Below, one piece after another: positions 9,696 through 19,603 of a DNA stretch of 32,000 nt (positions are counted from its first letter, which is position 1; each line of letters begins with the position of its first letter). The translations under genes and the position numbers were made by a program. The DNA comes from Amoeboradix gromovi X-113 (Eukaryota; Fungi; Sanchytriomycota), in NCBI GenBank assembly GCA_018985225.1, contig JADGIF010000023.1:1-32000 (forward strand), given 5' to 3'. The notes under the pieces were generated by a model. That model saw only the letters and a program-made list of their open reading frames with translations, was not told where the DNA came from and did not search any database.

Positions 9696-10190
9696 GTTTA
9701 GAGAATGATGTAAGATGCTAACACGAGATTAAAACTTGTTACTCGTTAAATAAATGCAAGGACTCTCTAACATTTTAATCTCAAAAATGTAATTGCAGTT
9801 CTCTAGCTAAGAGCAAGAACTGAATTTTAATCCTAAACGAAGGAAATTCAAGCTTTACAATTTGTTAAAGTTAGATATATTTCACAATTCTACAGAGAAG
9901 AGCAATTATGATAAAACAATTTATGCTGATTTAGTAAAAAATTGATGTTCTCTTTTACTATTTTGCAATTGTTTCTATATCACCACAGCCAGAACGTTCC
10001 TAGTTTTAATACACTAGAAAGATATGCAGAATATATTCTTCGAGGTCCAGAGACCGGTTTAAAAGTGAAGTTTAAATACAAAGAAACTGCTCTATCTAAG
10101 TACTTGATGCTCACTTAAGTTAGCACTATTAATGAAGAGTAGTAGGTAAAATTACTATACACTGAATTTATTACATGTCTCTTAATTTAG

Positions 10191-11497
10191 TTAAAACAAA
10201 ATCAGTGCTACTATTAATCGAAAGAAATGATCAAAAACTTCTACATTGTTTTCTTGTGGCAATATTGTAGATGTTCCCGTCTCTGTTGGCAATTCTGAGT
10301 CATATCCGATATAAACATCTATATTAATCATCACATACCTTGTACTGATCCCATTCTATCATGCTCCTGTATTATCCCATTGCTAATTGGCCCGTACGCA
10401 TATATTAGATCGTTCTTGCCATCTTTTATTACGTTGCTAAACGACCCAATTGGTGTCATGGGCAGTGAAAACTTTACTATTCTTCTTCCATTTATTATGC
10501 TAGCCGATATCACATTTAGTCCTACATCAGTGACAATAGGAGGTCGTGCGTATCCAGAGGCCTTTCTAGCATTGACTAAAATATTACTGTTGATCAGTTC
10601 AAAAGTGATGATATCTGCAGAAGTCATACTACTGCCGAAACCAAGGCCAATCCAGTTATTGCTGTTTGATGCATCTAAGGTCAAATATATATTAGTGTTA
10701 TTGTAGTAGCCACTAACACACACAACGCTCATAAACAAACAAGTCTGACTAAGTGATCTGGTAGTCGTCCACCCAGTTAATGAATCTTTGTACGTTGAAG
10801 TGGACTGTTTGAAAACTGTAGTATCTGATAAATTAATTTTATCAGAACTTGACTGCAACGGTCCATAAGTTACGGATGTTTCACGGATTGCAGTTGTTCC
10901 GTTATGTAAATCAGATTTGTTGTATTCAGCTGTTCTATTGTATACTGTAGCTTCTGCATGCCCAGAATTCATGCTAGCTGAGATTCCTGTTTTTGAGGCA
11001 GAGACAGTGGTACTGGCAACAGTGGAATTTTCAGCTAATAGCAGACCATTAGGCTGAGCACCCTTTGCAGTGTGTTTGACAATGTTACCAAAACTGTCGA
11101 CATCACCATAACTCCAGATTAGGTTGTTTAAGCCCGCTTTTACTGTGTAAGTATATCCACCACTTCCGATCAAAGACCTAGATATATTGGCGTATCGTCT
11201 GGTATCATCAGAAAACATAGAATGTATAAGAAGGTCAGGGTTATTGATTACAGGTGGTCTAGTGTGAGTGATCTCAGTCTTTCTAGCTTTGATAAACAAT
11301 TGTCCTTGTACTTTTTCAAACGTTAAAATGTCTGCATCAGCCATTGAAGTTCCAAATCCAAGCCCTGTATAAGGATTCGAGTCAAGTGCATCTATAGACA
11401 AGTAAACCCTGCCTTGACTAATGTATCCATCAAGACAGATGCTATCGAAGGAATAACAAACTTTTGTTCCAAACATTATCCCAAGAAGTTGAAACAT
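10191..11497 (-). CDS. Secreted or GPI-anchored tandem DOMON-domain protein; join(11497-10339, 10318-10191)
   Basis: Two repeats (GLGFG.SM..ADI.TFE; LI[WY][SA]YG...[KE]H) carry the Met/His pair of heme-type DOMONs, separated by an S/T-rich linker. Removing a 20-nt intron adds DVYIGYDSELPTETGTSTILPQENNVEVFDHFFRLIVALILF*, which ends in a hydrophobic tail. Confidence 0.8.
10319..10338 (-). other. 20-nt spliceosomal intron (predicted)
   Basis: GTATGTGATGATTAATATAG, phase 1. It contains the TGA that truncates the ORF; removal opens 42 further codons. Confidence 0.75.
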
Positions 11498-11678
11498 ATG
11501 ACCTAGTCGTATTAACTAGAAGCATGATCATCTGGGACTTCCTACAAACATCAAGCAGCTGGGTAGTTTGGTCCAAACTTGGAAATTCAAAGAACAAGCA
11601 TAATTATTGTAACACTCCAATCAGGCGTCCTTGTTTAGATATTCACTGAATCAAAATCTTGCAACTGCTTTTGAGATA

Positions 11679-12455
11679 ATGGATCGGCTAGCTTTACACA
11701 CTATTTCACCTCAGAACCTGGCGATTGATGCATTAAAATTTAGCTTGTTTAAACACGGAGAAAAACAAAGTACAAACTTCTTTGCATTAAGACTAGCCGT
11801 ATATTTTTATAAAAATTATAAAATTCCTAGTGAGAATGAGATAGTATTTGCCAGCAGTGCATACCGTAAAGTTCCGGTTGCAGCTGCGTATCTTACTAAC
11901 CTATTTATCAGCCACCTAGAACAAATTTCGGGAAAGAAGTACAAGGTCATAAAGCTTTACAGATGCAACTTGACAAAAGGCGATTTTAGCAAGCTGTCTA
12001 AAGAAGACCGAATGACTGTTATGCGGCAGACAGATTTAAAAATAAAGGGCAGATTTCACAAGAATAAGGAAGTTGTTGTTTTGGACGACATATTTATCAC
12101 AGGATCCCATGAACAGAGGATTAAAGAGCTTTTTAAAAAGGAGAAAGTAAAGAAGCTTACTTTTCTTTACCTGGTTCTTGCAACAAGTATTGGGCAAAAG
12201 ACTATTTTAGAAAGCACTTTGAATCATTCTTATATTAACAGTCTCGATAACTGGTTAAGTGTTGCAATGAATCAACCGTACATTAATGTTCGGTTTTTGA
12301 AATATTTGCTGCAAATTGACTCTGAGAATTACAAGAGTATCGTAGAAGTATTGGGAAAGAATATATGTAAAAAGTATATCAAGATAATTAGAAAAGATGG
12401 ATTGCAGCATCAGTTTCAATACAACTTCAATGCACTCAAAGAATTAGTTTACTGA
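11679..12455 (+). CDS. Phosphoribosyltransferase-fold protein, bacterial ComF-like (PRTase_3-type)
   Basis: PRPP-binding loop VVVLDDIFITGSHE, plus FSLFKHG, SSAYRKVP, GDFSKLSKEDR, ESTLNH and NVRFLKYLL. First ATG at 11679. The subfamily name is from memory. Confidence 0.7.
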   Translation: MDRLALHTISPQNLAIDALKFSLFKHGEKQSTNFFALRLAVYFYKNYKIPSENEIVFASSAYRKVPVAAAYLTNLFISHLEQISGKKYKVIKLYRCNLTKGDFSKLSKEDRMTVMRQTDLKIKGRFHKNKEVVVLDDIFITGSHEQRIKELFKKEKVKKLTFLYLVLATSIGQKTILESTLNHSYINSLDNWLSVAMNQPYINVRFLKYLLQIDSENYKSIVEVLGKNICKKYIKIIRKDGLQHQFQYNFNALKELVY

Positions 12456-12842
12456 ATCTAATTGTTTTAATAAATTATTCGGGTTTTCAATTTTGATTAG
12501 CCGTATGTCAGTATGAAGACTTGAACTATCCCTAGTGCCAGGGATACAAAATGAATGAATTTTTACTTACCAAGCTGAAAACTCTCTGGAATTACCAGTC
12601 TTTTCCAGCTAGCTAAAAGCTGAGGATCTCGAACTAGTTTGTTTTTAGATTAAAAACTGTTCATACTCCACTGCAGACAGCTGGGATAAGCTCTATAATG
12701 TTAGGCCTGTATGTAAGGGTGAAATGGCATTAGATAAAGGAGAAATAGATATTGAAATAAGCTGAGAAAGCCCGTCAAAAGGTATCCGTAGGTAATAGAA
12801 ATATGCGACATTTCTACTTAACCAGTACCACCTCATAGCAAT

Positions 12843-13300
12843 TGGGACACCAAATATAAAAACTAGACTAACTCGTTTTTAAAGGTGCTCCATACGGAGG
12901 AAATGCTATCAATAAACATTCTTCTTCTATTATACCAATTTTCTTTCATTACTTTCAATACCCTCTTCAAAATAAAACTAGATATGAGATCTTTGAGCAT
13001 CTAAGCAAAAGGTGCATTTTCTTGGACGGCATTCTTTTCTAGAGTCATTTTGTAATGTTATACTAACATCATTACTCTTGTCTATTTCTTTGAAGTGTAA
13101 TAGTGATATTTTATTTGAAATAAAGACTGGATGAAAGAGTAAGAGAATAGCTGTACAGAATATTTATTTTCCTTTTATACTCGTCAACTCCGCAACTAGC
13201 TGAATGTCCACTCGCCTCTTAAATCCATAAAGTGATAAAGCTGAAATAATGTTCCAAGTTGTTACAGAAAGTTAGTCCAGTTTTTATATTTGATGTCTCA
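12843..13300. mobile_element. MITE, copy 1 (458 bp, 31-bp TIRs)
   Basis: Left TGGGACACCAAATATAAAAACTAGACTAACT vs reverse complement of right TGAGACATCAAATATAAAAACTGGACTAACT (28/31 identical). The interior is homologous, inverted, to 22660-23069. Confidence 0.85.
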
Positions 13301-13476
13301 TATGTATTAGATTGAAAAACTCTGCTACAAACTATTAGAATGGTAGTATTCAAATAATCGCCATAAGCTGTTATTCAACTTAAAAGAGGTGCTTATTTGA
13401 CAGTCCCGTGTGAAATTCTTAAGCAAGTTATCTTTTTTAAATCGCAAATATTTAAAAACTATTTACTATTTCGCAA

Positions 13477-14142
13477 TCACCATTTGTAGTCGCTCTTGAA
13501 ACCTAAGCATTCGTGTAACTTCACAAATTTATATCCTTTTGCTTTATATTGAGTAACTACAGTTTTCAAGTTTTTTAGAACCACACTGTGAATTTCATGA
13601 GTAAGAATAATGTGTCCGTCGTTTGGCTGACTTAATGGATCTAGCATATTCTGGACTGATTGAGCCTCAGTCAAGGTCTCAGGTACTTTCCAGTCATTGC
13701 TGTCTACATCCCATAGCACAATCTTCATTCCTAGGCGAGGCCCAGTAATAACTTTAGTTGCAGCTGGATCCAGTGATCCGTATGGAGGGCGCATAAATGA
13801 AGGCCATCTTCCAGTCTCTTTGTTGATTAGATTGTTTGCTTTCTTCACTTCTTGGTAGACTTGTTCATCAGATAAATCTTTTGCCAAGTCATGATGGGTG
13901 TAAGTATGACCGGCAACAGAATGTCCGGCATTGTAAATCTTTCTTACAAGGCCAGGGAACTTCTCCATTTGAGTACCGACAACAAAAAACGTAACCCTAA
14001 TGCCTTGGGTTTTGAAAAGATCCAAGTATGACTGAGTGTTGCCAGATGGACCATCATCTAAGGTCAGCGCTACCATATTCTTGTTTACGCATTTTGTATA
14101 AATAGCTTGAGAAACCGCGATTCTAGCAAATAGACTCAACAT
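13477..14142 (-). CDS. Secreted chitin/polysaccharide deacetylase (CE4, NodB domain)
   Basis: TLDDGP, HTYTHHDL, RPPYG, DSNDW and ILTHE motifs. The ATG at 14142 gives the leader MLSLFARIAVSQA. Confidence 0.92.
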   Translation of the reverse strand: MLSLFARIAVSQAIYTKCVNKNMVALTLDDGPSGNTQSYLDLFKTQGIRVTFFVVGTQMEKFPGLVRKIYNAGHSVAGHTYTHHDLAKDLSDEQVYQEVKKANNLINKETGRWPSFMRPPYGSLDPAATKVITGPRLGMKIVLWDVDSNDWKVPETLTEAQSVQNMLDPLSQPNDGHIILTHEIHSVVLKNLKTVVTQYKAKGYKFVKLHECLGFKSDYKW

Positions 14143-14637
14143 CTTGCTACTATTCAGCTTACCGCATTTAAACAAATCTCTGACTTGTACAGCTGAGTTG
14201 ATTGGTGGAAAGGAAATATTCTTGCTTGGCCATTTTACCAAGTAAAAGTTTAATTTAAATTTTCAATTGGAAAAACTCAGATTTGGGATTCCTTCTTCAG
14301 CTCTTAAATTAATTTTAACTTGTTTTTGGGTCCCTATTGGCATTGCTATAAAATTCGCGCTGTTGCGACATTTTAAAACCAGCTTGTAACTGCGGAAGAG
14401 CGTTGTCAGTATCTGTTAGTGATCTCTTTAGGTTAGCGTATTCTGGATTGGAAGGTTCGAGGCCATTTGTCAGAGATAAAAAGAAATAATACCGAGTTTT
14501 TATGAATTAAAAAAGGTCTAACATGATTCATCATAGAAGTGGTAGAATTCATGTAATTACAATAATGTTTAGCCAATTAAAATTCACACTTTGTAGGAAA
14601 TATTTTCAAAATTTTTACCCCAATTTGATACAGTTTT

Positions 14638-17600
14638 ATGGTAGTTGCAGAAGGGTTGTTAAATGAGCCTGAACACACTTCAATTAGGATGGAAGAAGAA
14701 GGTGTTTTAGTGATAGAAAATCAAACTCAACCTTCAGAAGCAAAAGAAGAAGGAAAGCAAAGTGATGTCACAGAACACTTGCTAACTGTTGAACAAGTTA
14801 TTGAATATTATAATTCTGATATAGAACATGGGCTAGATGATAAAATTGTAAAAGAGAGGCAAACTAGAGATGGCTTGAATCAGTTAACACCACCCAAGCC
14901 AAAAAATCCATTGCTGATTTTTGGTAAACATCTAATTGGGCCGTTCTCCATATTACTTGGATTAGCAGCCATTGGTTGTTTTATATTGTTCACAGTTGGT
15001 GCATCTACATCATCTGGAGACATAGACTACTCTAACCTGTATTTGGGATGTATTCTAGTTTTTGTAGTTCTTTTTAACTCTTTAATTGAATCTTGGCAAG
15101 AAATCAAAACTGAAAATGTGTTGAAGTCTTTCGGAAATATGATTCCGCAGAAAACAATGGTATTGCGTAACTCCAACTTCATTCTAGAGGAGTCCAAGTT
15201 TCTTGTTAAAGGTGATGTCATTAAAATCAAAGAAGGTGACAAAATTCCAGCAGATATTCGTATAATAAGTACAAACTACTGTAAGGTTGATAACTCATCG
15301 CTAACTGGGGAATCTGAACCAATTATGAGAGAGTTAACCACTAGCAAGAAAAATCCATTGGAGGCTGAGAATTTAGCATTCTATGGTACTCTATGCATTA
15401 GTGGAGAAGCTAGAGGAATAGTTATTAGATGCGGTGACTATTCTGTCATCGGTAGTATTGCTAAACTTACAGGAAACAGCAAAAAAAGAATTTCACCATT
15501 AAATGAAGAAATTACTAGATTTGTAAAATTTGTTGCGGTTGGAGCAACTTTAATGGCTGTATTGTTTTTCATCATCGGTATGGTCATTAACCCTGATCCT
15601 TATTCTAATTTTCAGTTCTTTATTGGTATCTTTGTTGCCAACATACCTCAAGGTTTGCCGGTAACTGTCACTTTGGTTTTAACATTTGCCTCAAAACAAC
15701 TAGCCAAACGTAATGTTTTAGTCAAGGATCTAGAAGGATTAGACACCTTGGGAGCCATTACTTTGTTAGCTAGCGACAAAACTGGTACAATGACTCAAAA
15801 TAGAATGACTGTGGTTAATTGTTGGAAGCCTACAAAAGGTCATGATGGTCATTTTTTTAGTAAACCTGGAATTGGCCTTACAAGTGCATCACTGGAACTT
15901 CAAGCAAAAGACAAGGAACATGAGTATCTTATAAGTTGTGCAGCGCTTAATAGAAAGGCGGAATTTGATCCATTAGATAAAGAAACAGATGTAGAGAAGA
16001 AAGTGATTTTTGGTGATGCTACTGAATGTGGAATTTTAAGATTTGTGGCTAAAAATATTGATTTTGAAAGCTTCAACAGAGAACACAAAGCAATGTTTAC
16101 TATTCCGTTTAACAGTAGTAACAAATGGGCATTGACAATTAATAAATATGAGCATTCTAGTGGCTCCTTAATGCTGTTTATCAAAGGTGCACCGGAACGA
16201 GTTTTAAGAATGTGCAGTACTACGTGCAATGGTATGGATACCACAAGTGCTGAATTTGCTGCATCATTTGACAATGCCTACAAAATTTTGGCAAGTCAAG
16301 GTCAGCGTGTTTTGGCATTTGCTTACAAACCGTTAGATTCCAATTACGACAATGTTCAATTTCAAAGAGAGCCTCCAAACTATCCTACCAGTGAATATAT
16401 CTTCGTAGGCATTATCGGTTTAATGGACCCACCTAAAGATAGAGTTGCCAAAGCCATAGCCAGTTGCCAAACAGCAGGAATTCGTGTATTTATGGTTACT
16501 GGGGATCATCCATTGACAGCGGAGGCAATTGCAAGGCAGGTAGGTTTATTAATTGGTGATACAAAGGAGCAGGCAGCAATAAAGTTGAACAGACCAATAG
16601 AGAGTATCGGAGAGGATGAGTATCGATGTGTAGTTGTGCATGGTGAGGAATTGGACAAGTTGAGTAATAGGGAGTGGGATAAAATACTTAACAAAAAAGA
16701 GGTCTGCTTTGCTCGCACATCTCCGAAACAGAAACTGGAGATTGTGGCCCGCTGTCAAGCCAAGGGTCATGTCGTGGGTGTGACAGGAGACGGAGTAAAT
16801 GATTCACCAGCACTCAAAAGAGCTGATTTGGGTATCAGTATGAACGTTAGTGGAAGTGATGTAAGTAAGGAGGCGGCTAAAATGATTCTGATGGATGACA
16901 ACTTTGCTACCATTGTAGAAGGCATAGCTCAGGGGAGGTTGATATTCGCGAATTTGAAAAAGGCCATTTACTACACTATTTGCCATCTGATGCCTGAGAA
17001 TGTTCCATTTCTGTTATTTATACTTTTGCCTATTCCTATTGCTTTGACAGCGTTTCTAATCATTTTTATTGACTTAATTGCAGACGCAGCGCCCGCCACA
17101 ACATATGCGTACGAGGTTGAAGAGGATAACTTGATGGACCAGGCTCCGAGAAAGACAGTCACGCCACCAGACAGATTAGTTGCCACCGATGAGGAAGATG
17201 CTCGTAATTTATCCAGAGTTCCTTCGTTTAGATTGGAAGAGACCCGAAGACATTCGAAACGAACCATTTGGAGCAGGTTTGTGGATTCGATTTGGACTCG
17301 TAAAAGAAATGCTAAAGATGACGCGCTAGTTGATAAGAACATGATATTTCTTGCTTACTGCCAGATCGGAATATTAGAGAGCATAGGCGGAATGTTTGCC
17401 TTCTTTTTAGTATTTGGGATGGGGAATCAAAGAGGTGATGGAAGCTCCTATTCCATTAGTATCGATGAGATGTGGGGACATCGTTTTTACAAGGATTATG
17501 GCAGCAACTTTAGAGTCAGCGAGAATGAATACAATCAGCTGTACAAGGAGGCTACAAGTGCCTATTTCATGACATTGATAATTGCTCAATGCTTCAACGC

Positions 17601-17907
17601 CGTTTTAGTTAAGATAAAAAGCGACTACATATTCACCAGAAAGATATTTTTGAATTTGTACACTTATGCAGCAATAACTTTTAGTATTGCATTTGGGTGT
17701 TTTATTGTGTATACCCCATTTATGCAAATCATAACATTGAGCATGGGGGTTAGGGGAGAAGTGTACATCGTTGGTATAGTTACTGGGGTTATCCTGATTG
17801 TTTATGATACTCTGAGGAAATGGTTATTGAAAATGGGGTACTTTGGAGGAATCAACCAGAGACCGGCAGAGAAGATTGAAGGAATTAGTAGAGTATTGAC
17901 TAGGTAG
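14638..17907 (+). CDS. P-type ATPase, P2C-like (Na,K/H,K-ATPase alpha-like)
   Basis: VDNSSLTGESEP, SDKTGTMTQNRMTV, IPFNSSNKW, KGAPER, MDPP, FARTSPKQKLEIV, GDGVNDSPALKRAD, GRLIFANLKK. M4 reads PQGL. Confidence 0.92.
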   Translation: MVVAEGLLNEPEHTSIRMEEEGVLVIENQTQPSEAKEEGKQSDVTEHLLTVEQVIEYYNSDIEHGLDDKIVKERQTRDGLNQLTPPKPKNPLLIFGKHLIGPFSILLGLAAIGCFILFTVGASTSSGDIDYSNLYLGCILVFVVLFNSLIESWQEIKTENVLKSFGNMIPQKTMVLRNSNFILEESKFLVKGDVIKIKEGDKIPADIRIISTNYCKVDNSSLTGESEPIMRELTTSKKNPLEAENLAFYGTLCISGEARGIVIRCGDYSVIGSIAKLTGNSKKRISPLNEEITRFVKFVAVGATLMAVLFFIIGMVINPDPYSNFQFFIGIFVANIPQGLPVTVTLVLTFASKQLAKRNVLVKDLEGLDTLGAITLLASDKTGTMTQNRMTVVNCWKPTKGHDGHFFSKPGIGLTSASLELQAKDKEHEYLISCAALNRKAEFDPLDKETDVEKKVIFGDATECGILRFVAKNIDFESFNREHKAMFTIPFNSSNKWALTINKYEHSSGSLMLFIKGAPERVLRMCSTTCNGMDTTSAEFAASFDNAYKILASQGQRVLAFAYKPLDSNYDNVQFQREPPNYPTSEYIFVGIIGLMDPPKDRVAKAIASCQTAGIRVFMVTGDHPLTAEAIARQVGLLIGDTKEQAAIKLNRPIESIGEDEYRCVVVHGEELDKLSNREWDKILNKKEVCFARTSPKQKLEIVARCQAKGHVVGVTGDGVNDSPALKRADLGISMNVSGSDVSKEAAKMILMDDNFATIVEGIAQGRLIFANLKKAIYYTICHLMPENVPFLLFILLPIPIALTAFLIIFIDLIADAAPATTYAYEVEEDNLMDQAPRKTVTPPDRLVATDEEDARNLSRVPSFRLEETRRHSKRTIWSRFVDSIWTRKRNAKDDALVDKNMIFLAYCQIGILESIGGMFAFFLVFGMGNQRGDGSSYSISIDEMWGHRFYKDYGSNFRVSENEYNQLYKEATSAYFMTLIIAQCFNAVLVKIKSDYIFTRKIFLNLYTYAAITFSIAFGCFIVYTPFMQIITLSMGVRGEVYIVGIVTGVILIVYDTLRKWLLKMGYFGGINQRPAEKIEGISRVLTR

Positions 17908-18480
17908 AGTAAATAAGTTTGATTTTATAAAACACTTTGTGCTCTTTGAAATTCATGCCGGCAAGTATAGCTGCAATTCAAAAAGAATTAGGGTGTTCTA
18001 TTTGTAGAAGTCTACACAAAATCGCTAAAACAATTCTCGATGTAATTGGATAAACCATTAACCATAATTACACGAGCTCTATCGCTGTAACATTCTCTCT
18101 TACTGAATATACAAAAACTCGCTATCTTTTTAGTAATTGCAATGGCTCCAAATCTACACATCTAGAATATGCCAAATCTCAAGGCATCATCTAGAGGGTG
18201 GTACTCTGAACAATATCGGATTCTTATTCATGAAAAAACTGTTATTAGGAAGCGGAAAACGAGGATAGGGCAGCGAAGAAAAATATGTTAATCTCCACCT
18301 TTATTTCCACATCAGGGTAACGGAAGCATGAGAGATCATTTTAACGGAGCAACTGCCATGCTAGTTTATTCGTGAAACTTCTTGATTTCAAAGAAATTAA
18401 GAATTCTAAAACACCATACTATTGGTTGTGGTTTCACGATGGCGTTATCAAGTAACCTGAAATGTAATTAATACTCCTAG

Positions 18481-19374
18481 ATGTTTGCATTAATTTCATT
18501 GATATTTGGGGCTCCTGTACTCTTAAGCTGTGGTACTGAATATACAGGAAAACTTTCATATGATCCCGACCATCCTTTCCAATGCATAGAGAGTAGGCTC
18601 AAACCTCTGGATGCACCTTCTATTGCGACCGACAGCAATTTTGGTACATCTTTAAAAAGGGTCATTGAAACTGCTGATCGCATCAATGCGGTACATCACA
18701 ATTCTATTACTGGACTAAAAGATGAAATTGCAGCACTTAAGTTGAAATTAGAGAACTGTATGAAGAGTGACGGGGATTGCATCACCATAATGGAAGAACT
18801 TCATTCAATGATGCGCGATATTAAATCCGCAATCGGAAGTAGAAATTTGTTGCTGGTTACATATAAAGGGGAAACATATAAATGGTCAGAAGTTGGCACT
18901 TATTTAACCAAGGGGCTGAACTCAATTCATAAGATCTTGGCAACTGAATATGCATCTGAATACATTTTAAACGACTGCATCACAACTATGAAGCCAAACG
19001 GTTTAACTTCATTAATCACTGCAATTAGCTACACAGATCATGAAAAAGACAGTTTAACAGATATAGCTGTCGAAGTTGCTCTTGAAAGCAGCAGCAATGT
19101 GGAACTGTTAAATGGCGTAGTTGCTCGAGTAAGTGAAAACAAAACGATAGAAAAGATTAAAGAATTGATTGAAATACTGGAGCAAATATTGATAACATGC
19201 ACCATGGTAGATGATTATTTTAATCTAAATAGTAGTTATTGTAAAGCTGGGTTAGAGGCACTGGAAAAATTGAAGAAGTTAATTCCAGATTCAGATTTCA
19301 AGCAATTAAACGAGTACATTGATGGCTTTAAAGAAACTCGAGGCAATAACAATAAACTGATTAGCTCTTATTAA
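18481..19374 (+). CDS. Orphan predicted secreted helical protein, paralog C
   Basis: Leader MFALISLIFGAP; aligns by eye with paralogs A and B. Confidence 0.75.
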   Translation: MFALISLIFGAPVLLSCGTEYTGKLSYDPDHPFQCIESRLKPLDAPSIATDSNFGTSLKRVIETADRINAVHHNSITGLKDEIAALKLKLENCMKSDGDCITIMEELHSMMRDIKSAIGSRNLLLVTYKGETYKWSEVGTYLTKGLNSIHKILATEYASEYILNDCITTMKPNGLTSLITAISYTDHEKDSLTDIAVEVALESSSNVELLNGVVARVSENKTIEKIKELIEILEQILITCTMVDDYFNLNSSYCKAGLEALEKLKKLIPDSDFKQLNEYIDGFKETRGNNNKLISSY

Positions 19375-19603
19375 TTTGATTTATAGCATAGGAATTTAAT
19401 TCCTACAAGCAATAGCTTGTCTTGTGCCGTGGTCATGCTACCGGAGCTTCCTTGATACTTATAGGTTGTTAAACCTGAAGTGCTTTTGAGTTATTCATAT
19501 TAAAGCAATGGCATTAGGATACAGATGTATAGCAGTCTGATGAATTAAAAACATCGATGCTTGGTAAAAACTAGCTAACATGACTAAAACTAAAGTGATT
19601 TAT

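Noticed and set aside
9946-10119. MFSFTIFAIVSISPQPE followed, after a frameshift, by VPSFNTLERY...
   Set aside because: Could be a tiny secreted-protein pseudogene, but it is too short to support.
17955-18300. Fragmentary plus-strand coding-like stretch (MPASIAAIQKELGCSICRSLHK...)
   Set aside because: Multiple stops and no recognisable family.
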